Shown: positions 1 through 12,125 of the stretch, one piece after another
How positions within the stretch are numbered: the stretch's first letter is position 1
Layout: each line of letters opens with the position of its first letter
Assembly: GCA_040902005.1 (NCBI GenBank)
Contig: JBBDYA010000066.1
Span: 1-29,652, forward strand
From: Gemmatimonadaceae bacterium
Lineage (GTDB): Bacteria > Gemmatimonadota > Gemmatimonadetes > Gemmatimonadales > Gemmatimonadaceae
Direction: 5' to 3'
DNA: 29,652 bases
Made by a program: the position numbers and the translations under genes
Notes under the pieces: model-generated
The model's database searches: none
Seen by the model: the letters and a program-made list of their open reading frames with translations, nothing else
What the model was told of the DNA's origin: nothing

Positions 1-113
1 CCACCACCACCACCACCACCAGGACCACCGGGACCGCGCCCGCGAGGGCGCTCCGGCTGCGTGGCGGTCGGGGCTGCGGGCGCTCCGCCTTCAGGATTCT
101 GCGTTTCAGACAT
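1..113 (-). CDS. rpsE: 30S ribosomal protein S5, N-terminal fragment running off the window edge (Pro/Ala/Gly-rich extension)
   Basis: ATG at 113, 3 bp after the rplR stop; open frame MSETQNPEGGAPAAPTATQPERPRGRGPGGPGGGGGG to the edge. Identity rests on spc operon position only, since the conserved core is not visible. Confidence 0.7.
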   Translation of the reverse strand, partial: MSETQNPEGGAPAAPTATQPERPRGRGPGGPGGGGGG

Positions 114-116
114 GTC

Positions 117-476
117 TTAGAACTCCAGGCCGCCCTTCCGGGCGCCGTCCGCGACCGCTTTGATGCGGCCATGATATCGATATCCGGCGCGGTCGAAGAC
201 CACGCGCGTGATGCCAGCCAGTTTGGCCCGCTCCGCGATCAACCGGCCGACTTCGCCGGCGCGTTCGCTCTTCTTGCCCTGCTCGACGGCCAGGTCGGAG
301 ACCGTCGCCAGCGTGTGATTGCGCGTGTCGTCCACCAGCTGCGCGTAGATGTGCTTGAGCGACCGGAACACCACGAGTCGTGGACGGTCCGCGGTGCCCG
401 TGATCTTGTTGCGCAGGCGCAAATGGCGCCGGAACCGCTTCTCGGAGCGTGTCTTGGGAATGCTGATGCCCGGCAT
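117..476 (-). CDS. rplR: 50S ribosomal protein L18
   Basis: [16 protein letters not shown] and [28 protein letters not shown] motifs; spc order. Confidence 0.98.
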   Translation of the reverse strand: MPGISIPKTRSEKRFRRHLRLRNKITGTADRPRLVVFRSLKHIYAQLVDDTRNHTLATVSDLAVEQGKKSERAGEVGRLIAERAKLAGITRVVFDRAGYRYHGRIKAVADGARKGGLEF

Positions 477-1015
477 TACTTGCCTCCCGCCTTGCCGGCT
501 TTGCGCCGCACGGTCTCACCCTGGTACTTGATCCCCTTCCCCTTGTACGGCTCAGGGGGACGCAGGCCGCGGATCTCCGCGGCCACCTGCCCGACGATCT
601 CCTTGTCCGCCCCCTCGACCTGCACGGTCGTGGGGTTCGTGGCCGTCAGCTTGATCCCCGCAGGCGCCCGATATTCGATGGGGTGCGAGTAGCCGAGCGC
701 GAACTGCAGCCCGTACGGTCGCGGCTCCGCCTTGTACCCGACGCCGGCGATCTCGAGGGTCTTGGCATACCCCGTCGTCACCCCCTCCACCATGTTGGCG
801 AGGAGGGTGCGCGTGAGTCCGTGCAGGGACTTGTGCAGCTTCTCATCGGACGGCCGCGTGACGTGAATGACACCGTCCTTGAGCGTGATCCCCATGTCGG
901 GGTGAAATTGCCTCGTCAGTTCGCCCTTGGGTCCCTTCACGGACACCGTGCGGCCGTCGGCCTTCACGGTGACGTTCTTGGGAACGACCACGGGCAACTT
1001 GCCAATTCTGGACAT
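476..1015 (-). CDS. rplF: 50S ribosomal protein L6
   Basis: [34 protein letters not shown]. Confidence 0.99.
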   Translation of the reverse strand: MSRIGKLPVVVPKNVTVKADGRTVSVKGPKGELTRQFHPDMGITLKDGVIHVTRPSDEKLHKSLHGLTRTLLANMVEGVTTGYAKTLEIAGVGYKAEPRPYGLQFALGYSHPIEYRAPAGIKLTATNPTTVQVEGADKEIVGQVAAEIRGLRPPEPYKGKGIKYQGETVRRKAGKAGGK

Positions 1016-1029
1016 CGCTCCGTTCTCCT

Positions 1030-1428
1030 CTACCAGACCACGGCCAGCAGCTCGCCGCCGGTGCGCGATTGGCGCGCTTCGCGGTCGGACATGAGCCCCT
1101 TGGACGTGGACAGAATCGCCATCCCCAGTCCATTGCGGACCCGCGGAATCTCCTGGACACCGACGTACTGTCGCAGCCCCGGCGTCGACATGCGCTTCAG
1201 CTGGCGGATCACCGGTTCGCCGGCGGAATACCGCAGGCGCACCCGCAACAGCTTCTTCCCGTCATCGGTCTCGATCGTGGCGTAGTCCTGAATGAAGTTG
1301 TTCTCCTTCAGGATGCGCGCGATCTCGACCTTCATGCGTGAGACCGGCATGTCCACGCGGCGATGCTTGGACTGACACGCATTGCGAATGCGCGTCAACA
1401 TGTCGGCGATCGGATCAGTCATGCTCAT
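1030..1428 (-). CDS. rpsH: 30S ribosomal protein S8
   Basis: [38 protein letters not shown]. Confidence 0.99.
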   Translation of the reverse strand: MSMTDPIADMLTRIRNACQSKHRRVDMPVSRMKVEIARILKENNFIQDYATIETDDGKKLLRVRLRYSAGEPVIRQLKRMSTPGLRQYVGVQEIPRVRNGLGMAILSTSKGLMSDREARQSRTGGELLAVVW

Positions 1429-1528
1429 GCTGTTTTTTCCAACCTCTCGTATCCGTGGACGTGGAGGATTTCGAACCCAGTGACTGCGGACGGTACCGCG
1501 GACGTGTCGTCCGCCGTGCGTATCTCGT

Positions 1529-1714
1529 TCACCAGCTGGCCTTCCGCACGCCCGGGATCATCCCCGACAACGCCAGCTCGCGGAAGCAGATGCGACACAG
1601 GCCGAACCGGCGCAGAAAAGCGCGCGACCGGCCGCAGCGCGAACAGCGCGATTTCTGCCGGACCTTGAACTTCGGCTTCTGCTTGGCCTTCTCCAACAAC
1701 GATTTCGGTGGCAT
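1529..1714 (-). CDS. rpsN: 30S ribosomal protein S14, short zinc-ribbon (C+, type Z) form
   Basis: 61 aa with CSRC...CRIC zinc ribbon and [10 protein letters not shown]-terminus. Confidence 0.98.
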   Translation of the reverse strand: MPPKSLLEKAKQKPKFKVRQKSRCSRCGRSRAFLRRFGLCRICFRELALSGMIPGVRKASW

Positions 1715-2407
1715 CTATCGCGCTCTCCCCTTCTCGTCCGCCGTCTTGAATGGCATGCCCAGTTCCTTCAACAGCGCCAGCGCATGGTCGTCACGCTCGG
1801 CGCTGGTCACGATCGTGATGTCCATCCCGTGGATCATCTCGACGTCATCGTAGTTGATCTCGGGAAACATCATCTGCTCTTTCAGGCCAAGCGAATAGTT
1901 CCCACGACCGTCGAACGAGCGCGTGCTCAGCCCACGGAAGTCGCGGATGCGCGGAATCGCGATGGCAACGAACCGGTCGAAGAACTCCCACATGCGCGCG
2001 CCGCGCAACGTCACCGCGGCGCCGATTTCCTGCCCCTGGCGCAGCCCGAAGTTGGCGATCGACTTCTTGGCTTTCTTCTTCACCGGCTGCTGCCCCGTGA
2101 TCGTCGCCAGCTCGTCCACGATGCCATCGAGCAACCGCGGCTGCTTGATCGCTTCGCCGAGGCCCACGTTGATCACGATCTTCTCGATCGTCGGCACCTG
2201 GTGCGGGTTTGCGAAGCCGAACTGGCTGGTGAGCTTCGGACGCACCGTGTCGTTATAGAACGCCTTGAGCCGCGGCGGGGGCACGGGCAGGCCGGCGCCC
2301 GCGTGCGGTCCGCGCGTCTTCTCGCGCTTCTCGCCACGCTTGCCGCCGTCCTGTTTCGGCGCGGATTTCGGCGCGGATGGTTTCTTGGTCTTCGTGTCGG
2401 TAGCCAT
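1715..2407 (-). CDS. rplE: 50S ribosomal protein L5 with Lys-rich N-terminal extension
   Basis: KIVINVGLGEA, ITGQQP, RIRDFRG, FDGRGNY, GMDITIVT. Start placed at ATG 2407 (GAGGA just upstream), avoiding overlap with rplX. Confidence 0.97.
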   Translation of the reverse strand: MATDTKTKKPSAPKSAPKQDGGKRGEKREKTRGPHAGAGLPVPPPRLKAFYNDTVRPKLTSQFGFANPHQVPTIEKIVINVGLGEAIKQPRLLDGIVDELATITGQQPVKKKAKKSIANFGLRQGQEIGAAVTLRGARMWEFFDRFVAIAIPRIRDFRGLSTRSFDGRGNYSLGLKEQMMFPEINYDDVEMIHGMDITIVTSAERDDHALALLKELGMPFKTADEKGRAR

Positions 2408-2420
2408 ATCCTCTGCTCGC

Positions 2421-2825
2421 TCAGCGGTTCCGCGGAATCGCGTCGCCGCTCTTGACGCTGATGCGCTCTTTCGTGCCATCGTCATCGATGCGGGACCGGA
2501 TCCGCGTCGGCTCGCCCGACTTGGGATCCAGCAGCATCACGTTCGAGGCGTGAATCGGTGCCGCGAACTCGAGGATCTCGCTCTTCTCCTCGGCGCTGCG
2601 GGCCTTGCGATGCCGCTTCACGATGTTCACGCCCTCCACCTTGACCCGTCCGGTCTTGGTGAAGACCTGCAGCACTTTGCCTTCCTTGCCCTTGTCGTCA
2701 CCCCGCACCACCCGGACGGTGTCGCCCTTGGTGATGCGCAGCCGCACCCGTTCCGCGTTGTCCTCGTGGCGCTTGCGGTTCACCGCGCGCGCGCGATTCT
2801 GCTTTTTGTATTTCAGAATGCGCAT
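2421..2825 (-). CDS. rplX: 50S ribosomal protein L24 with basic N-terminal extension
   Basis: [22 protein letters not shown] motif, [18 protein letters not shown]. Confidence 0.97.
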   Translation of the reverse strand: MRILKYKKQNRARAVNRKRHEDNAERVRLRITKGDTVRVVRGDDKGKEGKVLQVFTKTGRVKVEGVNIVKRHRKARSAEEKSEILEFAAPIHASNVMLLDPKSGEPTRIRSRIDDDGTKERISVKSGDAIPRNR

Positions 2826-2826
2826 G

Positions 2827-3195
2827 TTACAGAACCTCCGGCGCGAGCGAGACGATCTTCATGTACCGCTTCTCGCGCAGCTCACGCGCGACCGGGCCGA
2901 AGATGCGCGTCGCGCGGGGTTCGCCCTGCTCGTTGATGATGACGACCGCGTTCTCGTCGAACCGGATGTAACTGCCATCGCGCCGGCGGGTTTCCTTCAC
3001 CGTGCGCACCACCACCGCCCTCGCCACCTCGGACTTCTTCACCGTGCCGTTTGGCAGCGCGTCCTTCACCGTGACGACCACCAGGTCGCCCAGGCCCGCA
3101 TACCGCCGCCGGGTACCGCCAAGCACGCGGATCACGAGCGCGCGTTTGGCGCCCGAATTGTCCGCGACCTTGACCACCGATTCCTGTTGAATCAT
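2827..3195 (-). CDS. rplN: 50S ribosomal protein L14
   Basis: [41 protein letters not shown]. Confidence 0.99.
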   Translation of the reverse strand: MIQQESVVKVADNSGAKRALVIRVLGGTRRRYAGLGDLVVVTVKDALPNGTVKKSEVARAVVVRTVKETRRRDGSYIRFDENAVVIINEQGEPRATRIFGPVARELREKRYMKIVSLAPEVL

Positions 3196-3207
3196 TGGAG
3201 TGCTCCC

Positions 3208-3489
3208 TTACTTCGCGCGTTCGACGATGTCGATGAGCCGCCACCGCTTGTCCTTCGACAACGGCCGGGTCTCGGCGATCCGCACGAGGTCCCCGGTCTT
3301 GGCCGAGTTCTGCTCGTCGTGCGCTTTCACCCTGCTCGTGAGCTTGACCATCTTCCCGTACACGGGATGCGGGACGCGCCGCTCGAGCGCGACCACGACG
3401 GTCTTCTGCATCTTGTCGCTGACCACGCGGCCCATGCGGGTCTTCCGCGCGCCACGGGGCGTTGCTTGTGTATTCGTCATATCAGCCAT
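3208..3489 (-). CDS. rpsQ: 30S ribosomal protein S17
   Basis: [31 protein letters not shown]; start could instead be 3480. Confidence 0.98.
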   Translation of the reverse strand: MADMTNTQATPRGARKTRMGRVVSDKMQKTVVVALERRVPHPVYGKMVKLTSRVKAHDEQNSAKTGDLVRIAETRPLSKDKRWRLIDIVERAK

Positions 3490-3682
3490 TCGTCGTTCGC
3501 TCCCGCTCGGTCAACACCGTCTTGAGCCGCGCGATGTCCTTCCGAATCGTGCGCAGCCGGAGCGGGTTCTCCAGCGGCTCGGTCGCGCTGCGAAACCGCA
3601 GGCGAAACCGCTCTTCCTCGAGCTCCGCCACGCGCGCCTTGATGTCGTCGTTCGTCAACTCGCGGACCTCTTCAGCTCGCAT
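3482..3682 (-). CDS. rpmC: 50S ribosomal protein L29
   Basis: EELFxLRF-like [24 protein letters not shown]; position between rplP and rpsQ. Confidence 0.97.
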   Translation of the reverse strand: MRAEEVRELTNDDIKARVAELEEERFRLRFRSATEPLENPLRLRTIRKDIARLKTVLTERERTTNG

Positions 3683-4121
3683 CGTCCTTCTCCTCCCCTG
3701 CGGTCACCTGCGCGTCCTCGCGGACGACGAACTTGGTTCGAATCGGCATCTTGGCCGACGCGAGGGCCATCGCCTTCTTGGCGATGTCCTTCGGAATGCC
3801 TTCCAGCTCGAACATGATGCGGCCCGGCTTCACCACGGCCACCCAGGCCTCCGGCGAACCCTTGCCCTTGCCCATGCGGGTTTCCGCAGGCTTCTTCGTG
3901 ATCGGCTTGTCGGGAAAGATGCGGATCCAGACCTTGCCGCCTCGCTTGATGTGGCGCGTGAGCGCCACACGAGCGGCCTCGATCTGCCGGTTGGTGATCC
4001 AGCCCGGATCCATCGCCTGCAGTCCGTAGGTCCCGAAGGCAATCGTGCTGCCGCGCACGGCCACGCCCTTCGTGCGACCCTTGAACATCTTCCGGAACTT
4101 GACGCGCTTGGGACTCAGCAT
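3672..4121 (-). CDS. rplP: 50S ribosomal protein L16
   Basis: [35 protein letters not shown]. Confidence 0.99.
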   Translation of the reverse strand: MLSPKRVKFRKMFKGRTKGVAVRGSTIAFGTYGLQAMDPGWITNRQIEAARVALTRHIKRGGKVWIRIFPDKPITKKPAETRMGKGKGSPEAWVAVVKPGRIMFELEGIPKDIAKKAMALASAKMPIRTKFVVREDAQVTAGEEKDDAS

Positions 4122-4129
4122 CGCTCGCC

Positions 4130-4789
4130 TCAGCTCCCCGTCGAGTAGGTGGTGCCGCGACGATCGTCGACCTTCTCACCCTTGAAGATCCAGACTTTCA
4201 CGCCGATCGTGCCGAAGGTGGTCTTCGCCGTGCTCGTGGCGTAGTCGATGTCGGCCCGCAGCGTATGCAGCGGCACGCGGCCCTCGTGGTAACCCTCGAC
4301 CCGCGCGATCTCGGCACCGCCCAGGCGCCCGCCGCACTTGATCTTGATGCCCTGCGCGCCCATCCGCATCGCGCTCTGCACGGCGCGCTTCATGGCGCGC
4401 CGGAACGAGATGCGTTGCGCCAGCTGGCTCGCGACGTTGTCCGCCACCAGCTGCGCGTCGAGCTCGGGACGCTTGATCTCCTCGACGTTGATGCCGACTT
4501 CCTTGCCGGTGAGATGCGCCAGTTCATCGCGCAGCTTGTCCACCTCCGCGCCCTTCTTGCCGATGACGACGCCCGGTCGGCCGGTGTGCAGGGTCACCAC
4601 GACCTTGCCCGGCTTCCGCTCGACGATGATATCGGCAATCGCGGCGTGGCCAAGTCGCGCCTTCAGATACTTGCGCAGGAGTTCGTCTTCCTTGAGCAGC
4701 GCCGGCAGTTCCCGCCCCGCGTAGTATCGCGAGCGCCAGTCCTTGCTGATGCCGAGTCGGAAACCGATCGGATGTGTCTTCTGTCCCAT
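4130..4789 (-). CDS. rpsC: 30S ribosomal protein S3
   Basis: [13 protein letters not shown] (start 4789), [12 protein letters not shown] motif, [22 protein letters not shown]. Confidence 0.99.
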   Translation of the reverse strand: MGQKTHPIGFRLGISKDWRSRYYAGRELPALLKEDELLRKYLKARLGHAAIADIIVERKPGKVVVTLHTGRPGVVIGKKGAEVDKLRDELAHLTGKEVGINVEEIKRPELDAQLVADNVASQLAQRISFRRAMKRAVQSAMRMGAQGIKIKCGGRLGGAEIARVEGYHEGRVPLHTLRADIDYATSTAKTTFGTIGVKVWIFKGEKVDDRRGTTYSTGS

Positions 4790-5289
4790 TACCGTCCCTC
4801 GGAGCGTTCGGCCACGACGATTTCCACGTGACTGGTGCGCTTGATCATGGGCGTCGCGCGGCCCATCGCGGCCGGCGTCCACCGCTTCATCTTGATGCCT
4901 TCGTTGATGATGGCGTGCTTCACGAACAGTTCGTCCACGTCGAGTGTGGCGTCCTCGTTGCGCGCCGCAAACTCCGCGTTCGCGACCGCCGACCGCAGCA
5001 CCTTCTCGATCTGCTTGGCCGCGTGCTTCTTGGAAAACGCCAGCAGCGCGAGCGCGTCGTTCACGCCCTTGCCGCGGATCTGATCGATCACGAGACGCAT
5101 CTTGTACGGCGACTGCCGCGCGGAGCGCTGAAAGGCGCGCGCCTCACGCGGCTGGTAGGCGATCCGCGGCGGTTGCGCGGGCGCCGCGGCGCGCTTCGCC
5201 GCCGGCTTCGCGGCGGCAGGACGCTTCGCGGCCGTCTTCCGGCCGGACTTCGCGGCGGCCTTCCTGGCCGGCTGCTTCTTCGCGGCCAT
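4789..5289 (-). CDS. rplV: 50S ribosomal protein L22 with Ala/Lys-rich N-terminal extension
   Basis: [35 protein letters not shown]; about 45 aa AK-rich N-terminus. Confidence 0.97.
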   Translation of the reverse strand: MAAKKQPARKAAAKSGRKTAAKRPAAAKPAAKRAAAPAQPPRIAYQPREARAFQRSARQSPYKMRLVIDQIRGKGVNDALALLAFSKKHAAKQIEKVLRSAVANAEFAARNEDATLDVDELFVKHAIINEGIKMKRWTPAAMGRATPMIKRTSHVEIVVAERSEGR

Positions 5290-5652
5290 CTACTTGGCTC
5301 CCTTCGCCGCGCCGGCCGCCGGGGCCGCCACTGGGGCTGCCGCCGGAGCCGCTGCGGGCGTGCCAGGCTTCGGCACCGACTTGTCCTCCTTGCGCGCGCC
5401 CGTGTGGCCGCGGAAGATGCGCGTCGGCGAAAACTCGCCAAGCTTGTGGCCGACCATGTTCTCCGTCACGTACACCGGGATGAACTTGTTCCCGTTGTGC
5501 ACGGCGAACGTGTGCCCCACGAACTCGGGAAGCACGGTGCTGGCGCGCGACCACGTCTTGATGACGCGCTTCTCGTTCCGCGTGTTCATCCCGTGCACGC
5601 GCTTGAGCAGCGCGTCCTGCACGAACGGACCCTTCTTGACTGAGCGACCCAT
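5290..5652 (-). CDS. rpsS: 30S ribosomal protein S19 with Ala/Pro-rich C-terminal tail
   Basis: [10 protein letters not shown] (start 5652), [24 protein letters not shown]. Confidence 0.99.
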   Translation of the reverse strand: MGRSVKKGPFVQDALLKRVHGMNTRNEKRVIKTWSRASTVLPEFVGHTFAVHNGNKFIPVYVTENMVGHKLGEFSPTRIFRGHTGARKEDKSVPKPGTPAAAPAAAPVAAPAAGAAKGAK

Positions 5653-5654
5653 AG

Positions 5655-6488
5655 TTAGCTCTGCGTTGCCTTGCCGCGCTTGCGGCCTCTGATGATCAGG
5701 CGCTGCGACGACTTCTTCTTGTTGCGCGTCTTCACGCCTTCCTTCTTGCCCCACGGACTCACCACGTTCCGACCGCCGCGCGTGCGGCCGCCATGCGGGT
5801 GATCCACCGGATTCATGACTTCACCGCGGACGCGCGGGCGCCGACCCTTCCAGCGGGCCTTGCCGGCCTTGCCCCACGACACCAGCTCGTGCTCCTCGTT
5901 GCCGATCACGCCGACCGTGGCCAGGCACCGGGCGTGCACCAGCCGCATCTCCGTCGACGGCATGCGCAGCGTCACGTAGTCCCCTTCCTTCGCGACCACC
6001 TGCGCCGACATGCCGGCGGAGCGGCAGAGCTGTCCGCCCTTCCCCACCTTGAGTTCCACGTTGTGGACGTCCGTGCCAAGCGGCATCTCGCCGAGCGGCA
6101 GGGCGTTACCCGTCCGGATGTCCGAACCCGGCCCGGACACCACCGCGTCCCCGACCTTCATTCCCCTGGGATGCAGCATGTAGCGCAGTTCGCCGTCCTC
6201 GTACTTGACGAGCGCGATGCGCGCCGAGCGATTCGGATCGTATTCGATCTCCTGCACCACGCCCGGCACGCCGAACTTGTTGCGCCTGAAATCGATGACA
6301 CGGTATTTCCGCTTGTGGCCTCCACCGCGGCGCCGCATGGAAATGTGGCCGTGGTTGTCACGACCGCCGGTCTTGACGAGCGGCTCCGTGAGCGATTTCT
6401 CCGGCGTGCTCCGGGTGATCTCGGAGAAATCCGGCACCGACCGGAACCGGGTTCCGGCCGTGACGGGCTTGAATTGACGAGTGGGCAT
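5655..6488 (-). CDS. rplB: 50S ribosomal protein L2
   Basis: [42 protein letters not shown]. Confidence 0.99.
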   Translation of the reverse strand: MPTRQFKPVTAGTRFRSVPDFSEITRSTPEKSLTEPLVKTGGRDNHGHISMRRRGGGHKRKYRVIDFRRNKFGVPGVVQEIEYDPNRSARIALVKYEDGELRYMLHPRGMKVGDAVVSGPGSDIRTGNALPLGEMPLGTDVHNVELKVGKGGQLCRSAGMSAQVVAKEGDYVTLRMPSTEMRLVHARCLATVGVIGNEEHELVSWGKAGKARWKGRRPRVRGEVMNPVDHPHGGRTRGGRNVVSPWGKKEGVKTRNKKKSSQRLIIRGRKRGKATQS

Positions 6489-6497
6489 GCGGATTCC

Positions 6498-6785
6498 CTA
6501 GCCTTCGAAGATTTCGATCGAGTCGCCCGCGCGGAGCTTCACGATCGCCTTTTTCCAGTTTGGACGACGGCCGGACGTACGGCCCATGCGCTTCTCCTTC
6601 CCGCGCATGTTGGACGTCCAGACATCCGTGACCTTGACCCCGAACAGCGACTCGATCGCCTGCCGGATCTGCGGCTTGCTCGCGTCCGGATGGACCACGA
6701 ACGTGTATTCGCCGCGATCCTGATAGGCCGCCGAGCTCTTCTCGGTGATCAGCGGCCGCACAACCGTTTCGTGCTTGGTCGGCAT
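6498..6785 (-). CDS. rplW: 50S ribosomal protein L23
   Basis: RPLITEKS, YTFVV, AIESLFGVKV, WKKAIVKL. Confidence 0.98.
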   Translation of the reverse strand: MPTKHETVVRPLITEKSSAAYQDRGEYTFVVHPDASKPQIRQAIESLFGVKVTDVWTSNMRGKEKRMGRTSGRRPNWKKAIVKLRAGDSIEIFEG

Positions 6786-6788
6786 CGC

Positions 6789-7610
6789 TTACTTCCCCTT
6801 CTTCTTGGCGGCCTTTTTCGCGGCCGGTTTCTTCGGAGCTGCCTTCGTGGCCTTCGCCTTCGGCTTCGGCTTCGCCTCGGCCTTCGCCCTGGTCGACTTC
6901 CGGGCCGCCGGCTTCCGCGGCACAGGCCTGGACTCTGCACCGTCGGCGTCGCCCTCCTCCGATGTCCGATCGCCGTTCGCCGGCGTTTCCCCGGTCAGCG
7001 CGCCCTGCTCGATCAGCACGAGCTCGGACCACAGGATGTGATACGTGGACACGTCGTGGTACGGCATCACGTGCACGTTCGGCAGGTTGCGGCCGCTGAG
7101 AAACACGTTCGTCTGCGCGCCGTTCGTGAGCACGAGCACCTTCTTCGCTTCGCCACCCAGGCGCCCGATGAGCGACGTCAGTTGCTTCGTCTTTGGCGTC
7201 TCGAAGCCGAACACGTCGATCACCACGATCGCGTTCTCGCGCGCGCGCGCGTTCAGCGCGCTCTTGCGCGCGAGTGCCCGCACCTGGCGCGGCACGTACT
7301 GCGCGTAGCTCCGGGGTCGCGGCCCAAAGACCGTACCGCCGCCCACCCAGTGCGGGGCGCGCGTGGAGCCCGCACGGGCGCGGCCGGTGCCCTTCTGCTT
7401 CCAGGGCTTCTGGTTGCCGCCCACGACGAATCCACGCGTCTTGGTCGCCGCCGTGCCCTGGCGCTGATTGGCGAGGTACGCCTTCACGGCCTGATGCATC
7501 GCCGGCATGTGCACCGTGCCGTCGAACAGTTCCGACGGCAGTGCGACACTGTCACGCGACGTGCCCTTGGCCGTGAACGCCTTCGCTTCGAAGTTCTTCT
7601 CGTCTGCCAT
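6789..7610 (-). CDS. rplD: 50S ribosomal protein L4 with long C-terminal extension
   Basis: [40 protein letters not shown]; about 65 aa acidic then K/A-rich tail. Confidence 0.98.
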   Translation of the reverse strand: MADEKNFEAKAFTAKGTSRDSVALPSELFDGTVHMPAMHQAVKAYLANQRQGTAATKTRGFVVGGNQKPWKQKGTGRARAGSTRAPHWVGGGTVFGPRPRSYAQYVPRQVRALARKSALNARARENAIVVIDVFGFETPKTKQLTSLIGRLGGEAKKVLVLTNGAQTNVFLSGRNLPNVHVMPYHDVSTYHILWSELVLIEQGALTGETPANGDRTSEEGDADGAESRPVPRKPAARKSTRAKAEAKPKPKAKATKAAPKKPAAKKAAKKKGK

Positions 7611-7619
7611 GTTCGTTCC

Positions 7620-8318
7620 TTACGACTTGCGCACCAGGACGATCCCGTTCGTGGGACCGGCCACCGCGCCGCGCACGTAGATCAGGTTGCGCTCGGTGTC
7701 GATTCGCTCCACGCGCAGACCGATCTGCGTGTGGCGCTCCGCGCCGTAGTGGCCCGGCATCTTCTTGCCCTTGATGACGCGTGACGGATCCGTGCCGGGA
7801 CCAATGGACCCCGGACGCCGGTGCTTGGTGTTGCCGTGCGTGTTCGGACCACCACCGATGCCGTAGCGCTTCACCACGCCCTGGAAGCCGCGCCCCTTCG
7901 TCGTGCCGGTGACCTTCACGATCTCGCCGGCCGCGAAGATGTCGACGTTCACGGTGTCGCCTGCCTTGTACTCGCGTCCCGCCGCCTCGGGCGCCGCGTT
8001 CTTCCCGCCCTTTCTGCCGCCCTTCGGCGGCGCGAGGCTGAAGCCGCGCAGCACGCTCGGCGGGGCCTCGAGCCCGGCCTTCTTGGCGTGTCCCACGGCC
8101 GCCCGCGAGGCGCGGCGGCCGCGCGGGGCGCGACCCTCCTCACGCGCGAGGCGCTGCGTGCCCATGCCCAGCTGCACGCCCGGGACGCCGAGCTCCGACG
8201 ATGTCACCTGGACCACGCGATTCGGCTCGGCCTCGATGACCGTGACCGGAATCTGCTGTCCCTGCTCGTTGAAGATCTGGGTCATGCCCAGCTTCCTGCC
8301 AATGATGCCGATGCTCAT
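7620..8318 (-). CDS. rplC: 50S ribosomal protein L3
   Basis: [35 protein letters not shown]; start ATG 8318, 1 bp after the rpsJ stop. Confidence 0.98.
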   Translation of the reverse strand: MSIGIIGRKLGMTQIFNEQGQQIPVTVIEAEPNRVVQVTSSELGVPGVQLGMGTQRLAREEGRAPRGRRASRAAVGHAKKAGLEAPPSVLRGFSLAPPKGGRKGGKNAAPEAAGREYKAGDTVNVDIFAAGEIVKVTGTTKGRGFQGVVKRYGIGGGPNTHGNTKHRRPGSIGPGTDPSRVIKGKKMPGHYGAERHTQIGLRVERIDTERNLIYVRGAVAGPTNGIVLVRKS

Positions 8319-8319
8319 G

Positions 8320-8628
<309 letters not shown>

Positions 8629-8641
8629 GTGAGTTCCTGTT

Positions 8642-8733
8642 CTTCGTTGGTCATCCCGAGCTTCGTTGGTCATCCCGAGCGAAGCGAGGGATCTGCCTCT
8701 CGAACGCAGATTCCTCGCGATGCTCGGAATGAC
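8642..8733. repeat. REP-like palindromic element preceded by a 19-bp tandem duplication
   Basis: Arms GTCATCCCGAGCGAAGCGAGGGATCTGC (8669-8696) and GCAGATTCCTCGCGATGCTCGGAATGAC (8706-8733), 23/28 complementary; CTTCGTTGGTCATCCCGAG repeated at 8642-8660 and 8661-8679. Confidence 0.8.
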
Positions 8734-8737
8734 AGCC

Positions 8738-9940
<1,203 letters not shown>

Positions 9941-9958
9941 TGATCTGGTTCCTGTGTG

Positions 9959-10011
9959 GTGACTGGTGACCCGTTACTCGTGACTCGTGGGGTTACGAAT
10001 CACGAGTCACG
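9959..10011. repeat. Heptamer tandem array forming a hairpin in the fusA-tuf spacer
   Basis: GTGACTG GTGACCC GTTACTC GTGACTC units; perfect 11-bp stem CGTGACTCGTG (9979-9989) / CACGAGTCACG (10001-10011). Confidence 0.7.
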
Positions 10012-10014
10012 CCG

Positions 10015-12117
10015 TTACGCCTTGACCTTCGCGATGATTTCTTCCGCCTTCGACTTGGGCACTTCCTCGTAATGCGCGAACTCCATCGAATACACGGCGC
10101 GCCCCTGGGACATCGAGCGCAGCTTCGTGGAGTAGCCGAACATCTCCGAGAGCGGTACCGTCGCGGCAATGACCTGTGCCTCGCCGCGCTGCGTCATCCC
10201 GCCGATCTTGCCCCGGCGAGCTGACAGATCGCCGAGCACGTCGCCCATGTAGGCGTCCGGCACGACGACTTCCACGTTCATCATCGGTTCAAGCAGCACC
10301 GGTCCGGCACGCTTCGCGGCCTCCTTCACGGCCATCGATCCGGCGATCTTGAACGCAATTTCGCTGGAGTCCACGTCGTGGTAGGAGCCGTAGACCAGCT
10401 CCACCTTCACGTCCACCATCGGGTAGCCCGCGATCACGCCGTTCTCGAGCGCTTCCTTGATGCCTTGTTCCACCGGGCCGATGTATTCACGCGGAATCAC
10501 GCCGCCGACGATCTTGTCCTCGAAGATGAAGCCCGCGCCGACCCCGGAGGGCTCGACGTTGATCACGACATGCCCGTACTGGCCCTTGCCGCCCGACTGG
10601 CGGATGAACTTGCCTTCGACCTTCTCGACGCGCCGCCGGATGGTCTCGCGATAGGCCACCTGCGGACGGCCGATGTTCGCGTCCACCTTGAACTCGCGCA
10701 TCATGCGGTCGACGATGATTTCGAGATGCAGCTCGCCCATGCCCGAGATGATCGTCTGCGACGTTTCCACGTCCGTGTGCACCCGGAACGTCGGATCCTC
10801 CTCGGACAGCTTCGCCAGCGCGATGGACAGCTTGTCCTGGTCCGCCTTGGTCTTCGGCTCGATCGCGACGTCGATGACGGGCGCCGGGAACTTCATCGCC
10901 TCGAGAATGATCGGATGATCGTCGTCGCACATCGTGTCGCCCGTGCGCGTGTCGCGCAGGCCGATGGCGGCGGCGATATCGCCCGCGCGCACTTCCTCGA
11001 TTTCCTCGCGCTTGTTCGCGTGCATCTGGAGCAGGCGCCCCACGCGCTCGCGCTTGTCCTTCGTGGAGTTGTATACGTACGACCCGGACTTCAGCACGCC
11101 CGAGTACACGCGGAAGAACGTGAGCTTCCCGACGAATGGATCCGTGGCAATCTTGAACGCCAGCGCCGCGAACGGCGCGTCGTCCTGCACGGGACGCGTG
11201 GCGATCGTCTCGTCATGGTGCGGCAGATGCCCCGTGATCGACGGCACGTCCATCGGCGTGGGCAGATAGTCGATCACGGCGTCGAGCAGCGCCTGGACGC
11301 CCTTGTTCTTGAACGAGGCGCCGCACAGCACCGGGACCATGTGGCCGCCGACCGTCGCGCGACGGATCGCCGTGCGGATCTCGTCGATCGAAAGCTCCTC
11401 GCCCGCGAGGTACTTCTCCATCACCTTGTCGTCCTGCGCGACGGCGACCGCGTGGTCGATGAGCTCGTGGCGCACCTGTTCGACGCGGTCCTTGTACTCG
11501 GCCGGGACCTCCAGGATCTCGAACTTCTTGCCAAGCGTCTCTTCGTCGAAGATGTACTGCTTGCGCTCGACCACATCGATGTGGCCCGTGAACAGCTCTC
11601 CCGTTCCGACCGGCAACTGGATCGGATACGCATGCCGGGTCAGGCGGCCGCGGATCATCGTCATGCACCGATCGAAGTCCGCGCCGACGCGGTCCATCTT
11701 GTTCGCGAAGATCAGACGCGGCGTGCCATAGCGGTCCGCCTGGCGCCATACCGTTTCCGTCTGGGGCTCCACACCGGCGACCGAATCGAGCAGCGTCACG
11801 GCGCCATCGAGCACGCGCAGCGACCGCTCCACTTCCACAGTGAAGTCCACGTGGCCGGGCGTGTCGATGATGTTGATGCGGTACTCGATGCCGAGGCGCG
11901 TCCAGAACGCCGTCGTCGCGGCCGACGTGATCGTGATGCCGCGCTCCTGCTCCTGTTCCATCCAGTCCATCGTCGCGGTGCCATCGTGCACCTCGCCGAC
12001 TTTGTGGGTCTTGCCCGTATAGTACAGGATGCGCTCGGTCGTAGTCGTTTTCCCGGCATCGATGTGGGCCATGATGCCGATGTTGCGATAGCGATCGAGC
12101 GAGGTGATGCGAGCCAT
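10015..12117 (-). CDS. fusA: Elongation factor G
   Basis: [65 protein letters not shown]; 700 aa. Confidence 0.99.
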   Translation of the reverse strand: MARITSLDRYRNIGIMAHIDAGKTTTTERILYYTGKTHKVGEVHDGTATMDWMEQEQERGITITSAATTAFWTRLGIEYRINIIDTPGHVDFTVEVERSLRVLDGAVTLLDSVAGVEPQTETVWRQADRYGTPRLIFANKMDRVGADFDRCMTMIRGRLTRHAYPIQLPVGTGELFTGHIDVVERKQYIFDEETLGKKFEILEVPAEYKDRVEQVRHELIDHAVAVAQDDKVMEKYLAGEELSIDEIRTAIRRATVGGHMVPVLCGASFKNKGVQALLDAVIDYLPTPMDVPSITGHLPHHDETIATRPVQDDAPFAALAFKIATDPFVGKLTFFRVYSGVLKSGSYVYNSTKDKRERVGRLLQMHANKREEIEEVRAGDIAAAIGLRDTRTGDTMCDDDHPIILEAMKFPAPVIDVAIEPKTKADQDKLSIALAKLSEEDPTFRVHTDVETSQTIISGMGELHLEIIVDRMMREFKVDANIGRPQVAYRETIRRRVEKVEGKFIRQSGGKGQYGHVVINVEPSGVGAGFIFEDKIVGGVIPREYIGPVEQGIKEALENGVIAGYPMVDVKVELVYGSYHDVDSSEIAFKIAGSMAVKEAAKRAGPVLLEPMMNVEVVVPDAYMGDVLGDLSARRGKIGGMTQRGEAQVIAATVPLSEMFGYSTKLRSMSQGRAVYSMEFAHYEEVPKSKAEEIIAKVKA

Positions 12118-12125
12118 TGATCTAT

